From: an uncultured Thermoleophilia bacterium
Lineage (GTDB): Bacteria > Actinomycetota > Thermoleophilia > UBA2241
DNA: 64,000 bases
Assembly (NCBI GenBank): GCA_963808735.1
Contig: CAWEHE010000008.1
Span: 192,719-256,718 of the forward strand
Direction: 5' to 3'
Shown: piece by piece, positions 9,259-19,581 of the stretch
Layout: each line of letters opens with the position of its first letter
Numbering within the stretch: position 1 is the first letter of the stretch
Translations under genes and position numbers: made by a program
Notes under the pieces: model-generated
What the model was told of the DNA's origin: nothing
Database searches by the model: none
Seen by the model: the letters and a program-made list of their open reading frames with translations, nothing else

Positions 9259-10928
9259 ACCGCGGTCCGGCGGGCCTGTGGCGGCGCCCCGGCGTCGCCG
9301 GCGTTCTGCTGCTCGCCGTGCTCGTCCTGGCCCTGGCGCTCCGCCTCAAGGGGGTCGCGTACGGGCTGCCGTTCAGCTTCGTCAACGCCGACGAGAGCAT
9401 CGTGGTGCCCAAGGCCTTCCAGGCCGCGCGCGGCCACCTGAACCCGCAGTTCTTCTTCTATCCGTCCCTGTACTTCTATCTGGTGGCTGCGCTGTACGTG
9501 GTGGCGGCCCCGGTGTGGTGGCTCCTGGGGAACGGCAACCTGCTCGGAACCACCTCCTTCGTGACCGACCCCGGGGTCCACTTCCTCCTGGGGCGACTGC
9601 TCTCGGTCGCGATGGGGACCGCCTCCGTGTACCTCTTGTATCGCCTGGGCCGGGACGCCTTCGGCCGCCCGGCCGGCCTCGTCGCCGCGGCTCTCCTCGC
9701 CGTGGCGCCGCTGCACGTCGCCTATTCGCACATGGCGGTCACCGACGTCACCGCGGTGGCCTTCTCGCTGTTCGCGCTGGTCCTGCTGCAGCTGGCGGCG
9801 ACCGGACCGGAGCGGTCGCGCTCGGATGTCGCCACGCGCCGCCTGCTGATCCTCGGGGCCGTGGCCGCCGGCCTCGCCACGTCGACCAAGTACAACCTCG
9901 GCATGCTGGTCCTGCCGGCGACCGCGGCGGCCGTGTACGCCTGTCGCCCGGAGGTCGCGCGCCGGACCGCGGAGGGGGCGCGCGGCGCGCTCGTGTGGCT
10001 GCGTCTGCTCGCGCTTCGCGTGTACCTGCCGATGGCCGTGGCGTTCGTGCTCGCGTCGCCCTTCGTCGTGCTCGACGCGCCGCACTTCCTCTCCGACTTC
10101 GCGCGCCAGAACCGGATCATGGACAGGGGGTGGCTGGGGTTCGAGAACGTCGGCAACGGCTTCTGGTACAACGTCACGCCCAACCTGACGGGGGCGGTCG
10201 GGGTCGTCCTCGTGTTGCTGGGCGCTGCCGGCCTGGGCTGGGCCCTCTGGCGGCGCACGCGGCTGGACGTGATGGTCGCGCCCTACACGATCGTCTACTT
10301 CGTCTACATCGGCACCTGGAAGGAGCTGGCCGACCGGTACCTGCTGGTGATCGTGCCGCTCCTTATCCTGCTGGCCGCGCGGTTCTGCGTCGAGGTGGTC
10401 GCGCTGTGGCCGAGGCGCCGCCGCGTCGTCGCGTCGCTGGTGGCGGCAGTGCTCGTCGCGGCCTTCGTGCTGCCGCTCACGTCTTCGATCGCCTACGACC
10501 GTACGCTCAGGGGTACCGACACCCGGGAGCTGGCGCGGGAGTGGATCCAGGACAACCTGCCGCCCGGAGCGCTCATCGCCGTGGAGAACTACGGTCCGCC
10601 GCTGGTGCGCGTCGACGTGCTCGAGCACTACCGCGCCGCCGGCCTGGACCCGGTCGCGTACCGCCTGCTCCGGCTGAAGCTGCCGGCGCCCGGTGTCCCG
10701 GAGAGCTCGCGCGACCTGGACCGGCTGCGGGAGCAGGGAGTGGAGTACGTGGTGGTGAGCTCGCGCATCCGCGCGCGCGTGCTCGCCGCGCCCGAGGTGT
10801 ATCCGACGATCGTCGACTTCTACCGGCGGCTCGACGCGGAGACCGAGCTCGTCAAGGAGTTCCGGCCCGGTCCGGGAGAGCGCGGGCCGGTTCTCAGCCT
10901 CTACCGTATCAGCGGCTCCGGCCGTTGA
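9255..10928 (+). CDS. GT39/ArnT-like polyprenol-phosphate dependent glycosyltransferase (membrane)
   Basis: GTG 9255 overlaps the hisI stop. About 557 aa, many TM segments, family-typical [11 protein letters not shown] motif. C-terminal soluble domain. Confidence 0.7.
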   Translation: MNRGPAGLWRRPGVAGVLLLAVLVLALALRLKGVAYGLPFSFVNADESIVVPKAFQAARGHLNPQFFFYPSLYFYLVAALYVVAAPVWWLLGNGNLLGTTSFVTDPGVHFLLGRLLSVAMGTASVYLLYRLGRDAFGRPAGLVAAALLAVAPLHVAYSHMAVTDVTAVAFSLFALVLLQLAATGPERSRSDVATRRLLILGAVAAGLATSTKYNLGMLVLPATAAAVYACRPEVARRTAEGARGALVWLRLLALRVYLPMAVAFVLASPFVVLDAPHFLSDFARQNRIMDRGWLGFENVGNGFWYNVTPNLTGAVGVVLVLLGAAGLGWALWRRTRLDVMVAPYTIVYFVYIGTWKELADRYLLVIVPLLILLAARFCVEVVALWPRRRRVVASLVAAVLVAAFVLPLTSSIAYDRTLRGTDTRELAREWIQDNLPPGALIAVENYGPPLVRVDVLEHYRAAGLDPVAYRLLRLKLPAPGVPESSRDLDRLREQGVEYVVVSSRIRARVLAAPEVYPTIVDFYRRLDAETELVKEFRPGPGERGPVLSLYRISGSGR

Positions 10929-11937
10929 GTTCCGCGGGAGCCTCGCCCGCCGCCGCCTCCACCTCGCCCTCGGTGATCGCGCGGCGGCCCGGCCGCACGA
11001 TGGCATAGGCGACGAACCCGGGCGGGATCGGCAGCCAGAAGTTGATGATGCGGTAGATGAGCACGACGGCGACCGCGACTGCCGACGGGACGCCGAAGCT
11101 CACGTAGAGCGCGATGAGGATGCCCTCGACGGCGCCCAGTCCGCCGGGAGTGGGCGCGAGCGTACCGATCGAGTAGGCCACCACGTAGCCGATCAGCAGG
11201 TGGCCGAGGCCGATGGTGTAGCCGAACGCGGCGAACGTGCACCACAGGCAGAGCATATCGAAGAACCAGAAGGCGCAGGCGAGGACCAGCGTGGTCCGGA
11301 AGGCGCCACGGTGGCCCGTCATGCGGCGCATGCCGATGAGCAGGTTGTCGATCCAGCCGTCGATGTGGCGCTCGTGCACGACCTCCCGCCGCATGACCCT
11401 GTTCACGAGGCGGGCGATCTGCGCGACCCTCAGCCGCAGTCGGGTGGGGTGGTTGTACAGGTAGACCCCATAGAACGTGAGCCACAGAAGCAGCAGGATC
11501 AGGACGACCCCGACCAGGTAGCCGAAGACAGAGTCGCCGCCACGGACGACGATCAGATACACGAGGGCGATCGCGAAGAAGAACCAGAGCACCACGTAGT
11601 TGAAGAACTGCTGTGCGGCGACGGCCACGAAGATGATGCCGTGCGGCACGCGGCGCTTCATGAGCGCGTTGTACGTGACCACCCAGCCACCCACGCCTCC
11701 GGCCGAGAGGATGTGGCTCACGGCGAGGCCGCTGAGGGTGATGGCCAGCACCTCGCGCAGGCGGATGCGGATGTCGAGCACGCGCAGCACGTAGCGGAAC
11801 AGGTTGGCGTAGCCGAGCAGCGCGGCGACTTCCAGCGCGACGGCCAGCACGAGCAGCACGTAGCTCGCCTTGGAGATGTACTGGACCGTCTGCTGCGTGT
11901 CGACCAGGCGCGGGAGCAGCAGGTACAGCGCCACCAC
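10909..11937 (-). CDS. flippase-like/UPF0104 (MprF-type LPG-synthase TM region) membrane protein
   Basis: 342 aa, 8 or more TM helices, conserved GGLG motif (PTPGGLGAVEG). In-frame protein-like sequence continues upstream to about 12075 without a canonical start. Confidence 0.65.
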   Translation of the reverse strand: MVALYLLLPRLVDTQQTVQYISKASYVLLVLAVALEVAALLGYANLFRYVLRVLDIRIRLREVLAITLSGLAVSHILSAGGVGGWVVTYNALMKRRVPHGIIFVAVAAQQFFNYVVLWFFFAIALVYLIVVRGGDSVFGYLVGVVLILLLLWLTFYGVYLYNHPTRLRLRVAQIARLVNRVMRREVVHERHIDGWIDNLLIGMRRMTGHRGAFRTTLVLACAFWFFDMLCLWCTFAAFGYTIGLGHLLIGYVVAYSIGTLAPTPGGLGAVEGILIALYVSFGVPSAVAVAVVLIYRIINFWLPIPPGFVAYAIVRPGRRAITEGEVEAAAGEAPAELNGRSR

Positions 11938-12129
11938 GATGATGGCGAAGACGATGATGTGGCGGAGCGTCTTCTTGATGGCGTCCCCCCAGGGGCAGGC
12001 GGGCCCTCCCGCCGGTCCAAGACAGTACCACAGAGCAGGGTGGAGCCGTGCGGGTCCGGAGGAAGCCGCGCGGGCTCAGTGGACGCTCAGGTACGTCCCG
12101 AGTCCGGGGGCCAGGCGGCACCCATGGTC

Positions 12130-12576
12130 TCAGCGCTTCTTCCTGCCGCCGCGGCGCTGGCGCGCGGCGGACACGGGCCCGTCTCCGAGGATGGCGCGCT
12201 CTATCTCCTGGCGGCGGATCCAGGCGTAGGCGGCGCCGGCCGGTACGCAGGTGAGCGGGAGAAGGCAGAGCACGAGCCAGCCCCAGCGTCGCGCGCTGTA
12301 GGTCACGAACACCCCGTAGACCAGTGACGCGGCCCAGCCCGTGAGCAGGACGAGGCCCCAGGCGACGTAGACTCCCCGGGGGATGAAGGTCACCGACAGC
12401 GCCTCGGCGAACGCCCGCATCACGAAGAGGGCGAGGGTGATCCCGGCGACGAGGAAGAGGTTGGCGAGGCGGCGCAGCTCCAGCGCCGTGGCCGCGTCGA
12501 CCTCGGCGCCGGAAGCGTCCTTGTCATACTTGGTGAAGTCGAGAAGCCCTGACATCGCGACCACCACCCCCATGCG
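12130..12576 (-). CDS. hypothetical 3-TM membrane protein
   Basis: ORF 12130..12657. Internal ATG at 12576 (MGVVVAMSG..). Three predicted TM helices. No recognisable family. Confidence 0.35.
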   Translation of the reverse strand, partial: RMGVVVAMSGLLDFTKYDKDASGAEVDAATALELRRLANLFLVAGITLALFVMRAFAEALSVTFIPRGVYVAWGLVLLTGWAASLVYGVFVTYSARRWGWLVLCLLPLTCVPAGAAYAWIRRQEIERAILGDGPVSAARQRRGGRKKR

Positions 12577-12629
12577 TGTGGCGCCGGCCGGCGGGGCATG
12601 TACCGGAAGACGCGAGAGGACGGGCGTAA

Positions 12630-13280
12630 GTGTCGAGGAAGAAGGTGCGAATCTCAACCCCGCCGGCCGGCCACGCGGCCGTGTACGACGCGGCCATGTG
12701 GCCGTTCGAACGCGCCGCCATCGGCGCCTGGCGGCGGCGCCTGGCGGGGGCCGCGGTCGGCCGCGTGCTCGAGATCGGCGCCGGGACGGGAAGCCAGCTC
12801 CGCTGGTACGGTCCCGGCGCCGACGTCACCGCGCTCGAGCCCGACGCCTCGATGCTGGCACGAGCGCGGCGGCAGGCGGCGCAGAGCGCGGCGCGCGTCA
12901 CGCTCGTCGAGGGCTGCGCCGAGGAACTGCCGTTCGCGGACGCCTCCTTCGACACCGCCGTGAGCGCCTTCGCGCTGTGTACGGTGGCCGAGCCAGCGGA
13001 GGCGCTCTCCGAACTCCGCCGGGTCCTCGTTCCCGGAGGGACGCTGCTGCTCCTCGAACACGTGCACCTCGCCTGGGAGCCGGGCCGGTCTCTGCAGACC
13101 AGGGCGGCGCCGGCGTGGGCTGCGGTGGCCGGTGGCTGCCGTCTTGATCGGGACACCGTGAGGCTCGCGCGCGAGGCCGGATTCAACGTCCTGCAGGAGC
13201 GCGCGCACGTCGCCGGATGGATCCGGGAAGCGCAGTTGCGCAGCCCCATCGGGTTGCGCGCAGCCGCCCGACCTGCTTGA
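12630..13280 (+). CDS. class I SAM-dependent methyltransferase (Methyltransf_11-like)
   Basis: Motif I VLEIGAGTG, post-I acidic LEPD, motif II/III (ADASFDTAVSAF, LVPGGTLLLLEH). Confidence 0.75.
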   Translation: MSRKKVRISTPPAGHAAVYDAAMWPFERAAIGAWRRRLAGAAVGRVLEIGAGTGSQLRWYGPGADVTALEPDASMLARARRQAAQSAARVTLVEGCAEELPFADASFDTAVSAFALCTVAEPAEALSELRRVLVPGGTLLLLEHVHLAWEPGRSLQTRAAPAWAAVAGGCRLDRDTVRLAREAGFNVLQERAHVAGWIREAQLRSPIGLRAAARPA

Positions 13281-13461
13281 CTACCTCCCCGAACGAACAA
13301 CGCGGCGTCTCGACGCGCCCCCTCATCCGTTCGCCCTCCTCTTCACCCCCATCACCTCCTGCGGCGTTCGCATGCGGGCATCGCGCGGCCGGGACGCGGA
13401 ACGCCCCCGTCGGCACAGGCGCAGCCGCTGCCCCTGGGGGAACTCACGTCGAAAGGACCTT

Positions 13462-14223
13462 GTGAGTCGAGGAAAGAGCTTGATCGCGATCCTTGCGATC
13501 CTCATCGTCGCCACCGCCATGGTCACCGTCGCCACGCCACAGAAGGCGGAGGCGGCCACCACCCTCAAGGGCAAGCTCAGCATCGCCAAGCGTGCCCTCC
13601 GTCACTCGAACCACCGCCTGAGGACCGCCAGGGCCGCGCTGGCCGCGGCCATCCTGGCGACGACCACCGGGACGCCGACCGTCGACGCGACTGCGGCCAC
13701 CCCCACCCCTTCGCCGTCGCCGACGGATGTCACCCCCACCCCTTCGCCGTCGCCGACGGATGTCACCCCGACCCCGACCCCGTCGCCGCTGGCCGCCACG
13801 GCCGGGCCGTCCGTGGACGAGCTGCGGGCGCGGGTCGGCAAGATCCGCCGCCACGTCCGCATCTTGGAGCGGCGCGTGCACCGTCTGGCGAGGAAGTACC
13901 GCCTGCAGCAGCAGATGGCAGCCTGGGAGCGTCAAGGGAAGTGGATGCCGATCATCGAGATCGCCGCGGCCAAGTACCACGTCAGGGCCAACGGTATCTA
14001 CGGCATGATGATGCGCGAGTCCGGCGGCCAGCGCTACGCGGGCTCGAGCTCGCCCTACAAGGGCCTCTTCCAGTACCACACGGGCACCTGGACGGCCAGC
14101 TGGAACCCGTATCGCCACGACAGCATCTACGACGGCAGCTCGCAGATCTTCGCGACCTGCTACGCCGTGAGTCGCGGCATGGGTCCCTCCATGTGGACCA
14201 CCACCTTCGCCTCGCAGTACTGA
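13462..14223 (+). CDS. secreted transglycosylase-like (Rpf-type) protein
   Basis: GTG 13462 after a GAAAGGAC RBS. Signal peptide (SLIAILAILIVATAMVTVATPQKAEA), coiled-coil, Pro/Thr-rich linker with a 2x repeat. C-terminal RESGGQRYAGSSSPYKGLFQYHTGTW matches the transglycosylase-like domain of resuscitation-promoting factors. Confidence 0.7.
   Translation: MSRGKSLIAILAILIVATAMVTVATPQKAEAATTLKGKLSIAKRALRHSNHRLRTARAALAAAILATTTGTPTVDATAATPTPSPSPTDVTPTPSPSPTDVTPTPTPSPLAATAGPSVDELRARVGKIRRHVRILERRVHRLARKYRLQQQMAAWERQGKWMPIIEIAAAKYHVRANGIYGMMMRESGGQRYAGSSSPYKGLFQYHTGTWTASWNPYRHDSIYDGSSQIFATCYAVSRGMGPSMWTTTFASQY
13699..13764 (+). repeat. 2 x 33-bp exact direct repeat (TPTPSPSPTDV) in the Pro/Thr linker of the Rpf-like protein
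   Basis: ACCCCCACCCCTTCGCCGTCGCCGACGGATGTC occurs twice in tandem. Confidence 0.85.
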
Positions 14224-14233
14224 TCTCGCGGAG

Positions 14234-14264
14234 CTGAGGCGGCGCTCTGCGGGCGCCGCCTCAG
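14234..14264 (+). terminator. GC-rich hairpin downstream of the Rpf-like gene (candidate terminator)
   Basis: CTGAGGCGGCGC-tctgcg-GGCGCCGCCTCAG, 12-bp perfect stem. No U-tract. Confidence 0.4.
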
Positions 14265-14422
14265 GACCGCCGACGGCCGCCGGGGCCTCGAGAGAGGCGC
14301 CGGCGGCCGTCCTCGTTCCGGTCCCGCGTCGCAGCCCGTCGGCTCCGCGCCGCGCCCCGGCCGCCCGCCGGGTGCAGGGACCGCTGCCGATGGGTCAGAA
14401 TAGGGCTCCGCAGGACCTCAGT

Positions 14423-14510
14423 GCCGGTGTGGCGGAACTGGTAGACGCGCTCGACTCAAAATCGGGTGCCCCGAAAGGGCGTGTGGGTTCGAGTCCCACC
14501 TCCGGCACCA
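14423..14510 (+). tRNA. tRNA-Leu (anticodon CAA)
   Basis: Cloverleaf by eye. Acceptor GCCGGTG/CTCCGGC (one mismatch), anticodon loop CTCAAAA, long variable arm, T-arm GTGGGTTCGAGTCCCAC, 3' CCA. Confidence 0.8.
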
Positions 14511-14639
14511 TCCCCCTCGCGGGCGCGTATCCAGCCGACGTCTGGTAGGATTGCTGTCCCGTACGCGACTGCGGGCATCACGATTCCCTTCCGCCCTTCG
14601 TACCCGTGGGGCGGCCGTGCTCGGAGAGGAGCAGGACGC

Positions 14640-15323
14640 ATGACGGTGCGGCTACTGGGGCTCAACTGCAGCCCTCGCGACAACAGCAACAGCGGCATCA
14701 TGCTCGACAAGGCCTTCGAGAAGCTCGACGCCGTCTACCCCGGTGAGGCCGAGCACGAGGTCGTCAACCTGCGCGACCTGCACATCGAGCCCTGCAAGGC
14801 GTGCAACGTCTGCGGAAAGAAGAAGGACGGCACCTTCATCCCCTGCGTCCGGGAGAAGGAGGACGACGTCGAGTCCGTCCTCGAGGCCATGGTGGCTGCT
14901 GACGGCATCCTCGTGGCCACGCCGGTGTACTTCGGGCTCCCGTCGGACCTGTTCGCCAAGTTCATCATGCGCACGCGGCCGCTGCGCCACCAGGACTTCA
15001 AGCTCGCCAACAAGCCCGTCGGGGTGCTCGCCACCGCCGGCCGCCGCTCCGGGGGCGCGGAGACGGCGATCATCGCTACCTGGCTGCCCTTCGTGCGCAA
15101 CGGCTGCCTCGTCGTGGGCAACGGTGACGGCACTTCCCAGTTCGGCGCCTACGGCTGGGCCGGCGCCCGCGGGCACGTCCTCAGCGACGAGTGGGGCCTC
15201 GAGCAGGCCTTCCAGACCGCGCAGCGCGTGTTCACTCTGGGCGGCCTGATCAAGGCCGGCGTCGAGGCCTCGGGCTTCGTGAACCCGATGAAGTTCTCGT
15301 ACAGCCAGGGGACTCGCGGCTGA
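14640..15323 (+). CDS. NADPH-dependent FMN reductase / flavodoxin-like (iron-sulfur flavoprotein-like) protein
   Basis: ATG 14640 after GGAGAGGAGCAGGA. LLGLNCSPRDNSNSG and ILVATPVYFG motifs. The track ORF start 14466 lies inside the tRNA and is rejected. Confidence 0.7.
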   Translation: MTVRLLGLNCSPRDNSNSGIMLDKAFEKLDAVYPGEAEHEVVNLRDLHIEPCKACNVCGKKKDGTFIPCVREKEDDVESVLEAMVAADGILVATPVYFGLPSDLFAKFIMRTRPLRHQDFKLANKPVGVLATAGRRSGGAETAIIATWLPFVRNGCLVVGNGDGTSQFGAYGWAGARGHVLSDEWGLEQAFQTAQRVFTLGGLIKAGVEASGFVNPMKFSYSQGTRG

Positions 15324-15357
15324 GTCCGTCAGCATCCCGACCCGAGAAGGACGCCTC

Positions 15358-15606
15358 ATGACCGACGCCGACACCATCCTCGAGTTCATCCGCGACGAGG
15401 CCGACCTCGAAGAAGACGAGGTCACCGCCGACACGTCGCTGTTCCGCGACCAGCTGCTCGACTCCATGAACCTCACGGCGCTGATCGCGTTTCTCGAAGA
15501 GACATTCGCCATCAAGGTGAAGCCCATGGACATCGTCTTCGAGAACCTCGACACCGTGAACCACATGCTGGCCTACGTCGCGCGCAAGAAGGCGGGCGAT
15601 GCCTGA
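15358..15606 (+). CDS. acyl/peptidyl carrier protein (DltC-like)
   Basis: 82 aa, acidic. Phosphopantetheine-attachment context LLDSMNLTALIAFLE. Confidence 0.75.
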   Translation: MTDADTILEFIRDEADLEEDEVTADTSLFRDQLLDSMNLTALIAFLEETFAIKVKPMDIVFENLDTVNHMLAYVARKKAGDA

Positions 15607-15796
15607 AGCGGGCAGCGACAGGCCGCCGGAGAGCGGCGAGGATGTCCAGTCGCCGTCCGAGCCGCGCGGGCACTGGTTCTACTACGGCCTCGGGCTGAGC
15701 CTGCAGACCTTTCTCTGGTTCCTGGTCTTCCTGGCGATCACCGTCGCCGTGCTCGTGGGCGGCAAGCTCACCGAGTTCAGATACGTCGGCTTCTGA
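15599..15796 (+). CDS. small single-TM membrane protein (DltX-like?)
   Basis: 65 aa, ATG overlaps the carrier-protein stop. One TM helix. C-terminal FRYVGF resembles the FxYxxF tail recalled for DltX. Positioned between the carrier protein and the ligase. Confidence 0.4.
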   Translation: MPEAGSDRPPESGEDVQSPSEPRGHWFYYGLGLSLQTFLWFLVFLAITVAVLVGGKLTEFRYVGF

Positions 15797-15818
15797 CCAC
15801 CGCATCTCCGGCGCTGCG

Positions 15819-17354
15819 ATGACACCCGAACCCCTGATGACCGACGCCGTGGCGCGCCTGCGCCGCTGGGCGGCCGAGCGCGCCGACGAGACGCTGCTGC
15901 GCACGCGCGGCCGCGTCTACGCCTACGCTGATGTGGAGGCGAGGGCGACGCGCGTCGCGGCGGCCCTCCTGGCCGCCGCCGGGCGGCGCGGCGCCCGCGT
16001 CGCGCTGGTGCTCGAGGAGTACGACCAGTTCTTCGTCTGCATGCTCGGCGCCTGGCTTGCCGGCCAGGTGGTCGTGCCGCTCAACACGAGCCTGCCGCAG
16101 AGCGACGTCGACTGGCTGGTCGGCAAGTCGCGACCGGACGTCGTCGTGCTGCCGGACGACGAGGCTTGCCCGACGCCGGGCGACGGCCCTGTCCGGCTTG
16201 TCGTGACCGCCGACGCCGATGGCCTCGTCGACGGCGTGCGCGCGGCCGGCGGCGGAGCCGCTCCGGCAGCCTCCGCGGAGGAGCTCGTGGCCGTGCGCGA
16301 GGACGAGCTCGCGATGATCATGTTCACCTCGGGCACGACCGGCCTGCCCAAAGGCGTCTGCCAGACGCTTCGCGCGATCTCGAGCAACGCCGGCAACGTC
16401 GCGCGGACGTTGGGGCTCGAGGCGGGTGACAGGGTCTTCATCAACACGCCGCCGTACTTCACCAGCGGCATCTGCCACTTCCTGACGCTGCTCGCCAACG
16501 GCGGCGGCGTCGCCGGCCAGCTCGGCTTCTTCTTCGGCGCCGGCCTCCTCGACGAGATGGAGGCCGAGGGCTGCACCGGGTTCGGGGGCGCCCCGGCCCA
16601 TCTGGTGCGCGTGGTCGAGCCGCTGGAGGAGCCGCGCGAGCACGGGTTCCGCTTCTGGGTGAGCAGCGGCGACCACCTGCCGCTGCCGGTGATCGAGAAG
16701 TTCCGCCGCGTCCTGCCCGGCGTCAGCCTCTTCAACATGTACGGCCTCACCGAGGTGAGCGGCCGGCTCTGCATCCTGCCGCCGGCCGACCTCGACGTGT
16801 GCGTCGGCTCCGTCGGCCGGCCGATCGGCGACATGCGCGTGGTCGCGCGGCGCGGCGACGGCGCCGAGGCCGCGCCCGGCGAGACCGGCGAGCTCTTCGT
16901 CACCGGCTCGCTGCTCATGCAGGGCTACCTGGACGAGCCGGACATCACCGCGAAGACGCTCACCCCCCTCGGCCTCAAGACCGGCGACTTCGGCCGCGTC
17001 GACGAGAGCGGCGCGGTGTGGATCGCCGGCCGCAAGGACGACATCATCAAGCGCGGCGGCGAGAAGGTCAGCATCATCCACGTGCAGGAGGCGCTGCAGG
17101 GTCTCGGGCGCTTCGCCGACGTCGCCGTGGTGGCCGCGCCCGACGAGATCCTCGGCCACGTGCCGGTGGCGTTCGTCGTGCCGCACGAGCCCGAGGGGTT
17201 CAAGGCCTCGAAGCTCCTGAGGGAGCTGCGCGGCGTCCTCCCGTCCGCTTCACTGCCCAGCCGGGTGATCGCCGTCGCGGCGATCCCGCGCACCGGCTCC
17301 GGGAAGGCGATCAGGGCCGAGTTGCGGAAGCTGCTCGCCGAGGAGCTGGGGTGA
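15819..17354 (+). CDS. AMP-binding adenylation enzyme (DltA-like carrier-protein ligase)
   Basis: 511 aa. ANL motifs MFTSGTTGLPKGV, YGLTE, GDFGRVDESGAVWIAGRKDDIIKRGGEKV, C-terminal PRTGSGKAIR. Confidence 0.85.
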   Translation: MTPEPLMTDAVARLRRWAAERADETLLRTRGRVYAYADVEARATRVAAALLAAAGRRGARVALVLEEYDQFFVCMLGAWLAGQVVVPLNTSLPQSDVDWLVGKSRPDVVVLPDDEACPTPGDGPVRLVVTADADGLVDGVRAAGGGAAPAASAEELVAVREDELAMIMFTSGTTGLPKGVCQTLRAISSNAGNVARTLGLEAGDRVFINTPPYFTSGICHFLTLLANGGGVAGQLGFFFGAGLLDEMEAEGCTGFGGAPAHLVRVVEPLEEPREHGFRFWVSSGDHLPLPVIEKFRRVLPGVSLFNMYGLTEVSGRLCILPPADLDVCVGSVGRPIGDMRVVARRGDGAEAAPGETGELFVTGSLLMQGYLDEPDITAKTLTPLGLKTGDFGRVDESGAVWIAGRKDDIIKRGGEKVSIIHVQEALQGLGRFADVAVVAAPDEILGHVPVAFVVPHEPEGFKASKLLRELRGVLPSASLPSRVIAVAAIPRTGSGKAIRAELRKLLAEELG

Positions 17355-18424
17355 GCAGCTTCAGACGCGGCCTGAGAAACAGGAACCCTCTCGTGCTCGT
17401 CGTGGCGCTGGCGCTCATCGTGCCCGTGCTCGCTGGCGCCCAGGACTACTTCGCGAGCGGGCGCTGGACCGACGTGCCGCTGGAGTACTGGCTACGGACA
17501 GCCAGCGACGACTACTCCTATGTCTCGTGGGTGGTCGGCAGCGTGAAGCGTGACCCGCCGCAGAAGCCGTCGCTCTTTCTGCTCGGAGGCTCGAGCGCGC
17601 GCGAGTCGATCGTGAGTGGGGCCAGCCTCGCCGCCGACGTCAAGAGGGAGGGCGGCCCCGACGTCGCCGCCTGGGATCTCGGGTCGATGAACCAGAACTT
17701 CGCCCAGAGCCTGGCCGTTGCCGACAACGTGCCGGCGACGCCGACGTACCTGCTCATCGGCGTCGGCCTCGGGCGCTTCACCTCCGACCGTGGTGCCAGC
17801 TTGAAGCAGGCCGAGGGACGCGAGCTCCTTCTGGAGAGCCGGTTCCTCCAGCGGTACGTGGCGCGCACCTACGGCAAGTACAGGTACACGACGACGATTC
17901 TGCCGGGCGTCTTCGCCCAGCTCACGAGCAAGGTCCAGCAGCAGGGCGGCGAGCTGCTCTCGGGCAAGCTGCCTCGCCGCACCTACGGCCAGCACCGCTA
18001 CAACGTCCGCAACAGCCATACGGTGGCGGAGAAGGAGCGCATGGTCACGGTCTGGAACAAGAGGCGCTACCCCAAGTTCCGGCGACACCTGAGGTTCCAT
18101 CTCGACATGCTCGAGCAGCTGCTCGTCCGCGCTCGGCAACGCGGGCTCCACGCGGTCCTCGTCGAGCTCCCGCTCAACCGGGAGATCGTGGGCGATCGCT
18201 TCGACTACGCCATCGCCCAGTACCAGTCGCCGGTCAAAGCCCTGGCCGCCGAGTACGGGGTACCCTACGTCGACTTCAACCGCGACCTGCGTATCCCCGA
18301 CGGTGACTTCCATGACCTCACTCACCTCACGGAGCCGGGGCGCGTGATCTGGCAGCGCCGGCTGGCGCGCGAAGTGGTGACGATCATGGGCGAAGACCCC
18401 CACGGCGGCGGCGAGTCTCAATGA
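17352..18424 (+). CDS. DltD/SGNH-like membrane-anchored protein, paralog 1
   Basis: GTG overlaps the ligase stop. N-terminal anchor RRGLRNRNPLVLVVALALIV, candidate nucleophile LLGGSSARESI, C-terminal DxxH (DFHDLTHL). Paralogous to 18513.. and 20858.. Confidence 0.6.
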
Positions 18425-18512
18425 GCGCTTCCTTCATCAGGCACTCCGTCCGTGACGCGCTTCGGAGGGTGACGCGGACGTCCACGGTCCGCGCTCGCGG
18501 GGAGACCCTCTG

Positions 18513-19578
18513 ATGGGCTCCTTCAGCCGCGGATTCCGCAGCCGCAGCCCGCTGGTGCTGCTGGCCGGCGCTCTGCTGCTCGTGCCGGCGCTGCTCGGCT
18601 TCCAGTGGCTGTTCACCAGCGGGACGTGGACGGTGGTGCCGCTCGACCGCGCCCTGCGCAACCCCCAGGATTCGTTCATCTACGTCTCGTGGATGGTGGG
18701 CCGGGCGCGGCGCGAGCCGCCGGACACGCCCAGCCTCTATCTGGTCGGCGGCTCCAGCGCGCGCGAGTCGATCGTCGGCGGCGACGCGCTCGCCGCCGAG
18801 ATCGAGGCGCTCGGCGGACCTCGCGTCGCCGCCTACGATCTCGGCTCGATGAACCAGAACTTCGCCGAGAGCCTGGCCGTGGTGGACAGCGTGCCGGACA
18901 CACCGGCCTGGCTGCTCGTCGGCGTGAACCTGGGCCGCTTCACGGCGACTCGGGAGCAGAACGCCGCGCAGGCGGAGGGCCGCGAGTTCCTGCTCCGCAG
19001 CACGGCCATCCGCGAGTTCGCGGCCTCCGAGTGGGGTCTCGCGAAGTACCAGTACACGGTCCTGCCGGGCATCTGGTCGTACATCACCGACTGGACCAGG
19101 GCCCACGGGCGGTCGGTGCTCGAGGGTCAGCCGCCCTCGACGCAGTACGAGCTGCATCGATACTCTGAGCAGACCAAGCGGTCGGATCGTCAGAAGGAGC
19201 GCATGGTGACCGTGTGGAACACGAAGCGCCGGCCGGTCTTCGAGGAGAACCTGGACGGCAACCTGCAGATGCTCGAGGCGCTCCTGCAGCGGGCCGGCGA
19301 GCGCGACGTACGCGTGGTCCTCCTCGAGCTGCCCCTCAACGAGGAGATCGTGCGCGGGCGCTTCCACGCCTCGCAGGAACAGTACCGGCGACCGGTGTTG
19401 CGGCTGGCGCGCAGGTACGATGTGCCCTACGTGGACCTGAACGCCGACGTCGCCATCCCGAGCGCCGACTTCCAGGACCTCTCACATCTGATCGCGCCGG
19501 GGCGCGTGATCTGGCAACGTGCGCTGGCGCAAGGAGCTGGTGCGACTCATGGACGGCGGAGACGCTGGAGGGAAGTAG
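18513..19578 (+). CDS. DltD/SGNH-like protein, paralog 2 (apparent frameshift near 19535)
   Basis: Same architecture (SRGFRSRSPLVLL, LVGGSSARESI, DFQDLSHL). After VIWQRALAQ the paralog-like C-terminus KELVRLMDGGDAGGK* is in the +1 frame and ends at 19578. The track ORF runs on to 19859 in the wrong frame. Confidence 0.55.
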
Positions 19579-19581
19579 CGG

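Noticed and set aside
11994-12020. Possible TTG start at 12020 plus a frameshift in the C6 homopolymer to supply the missing N-terminus of the UPF0104 gene
   Set aside because: It requires a TTG start, and the extra N-terminal peptide is not protein-like. Kept only as a note on the missing start.
14466-14639. N-terminal extension of the flavoprotein ORF starting at 14466
   Set aside because: It would overlap the tRNA-Leu gene. A proper ATG with RBS exists at 14640, at the start of the conserved flavodoxin-like sequence.
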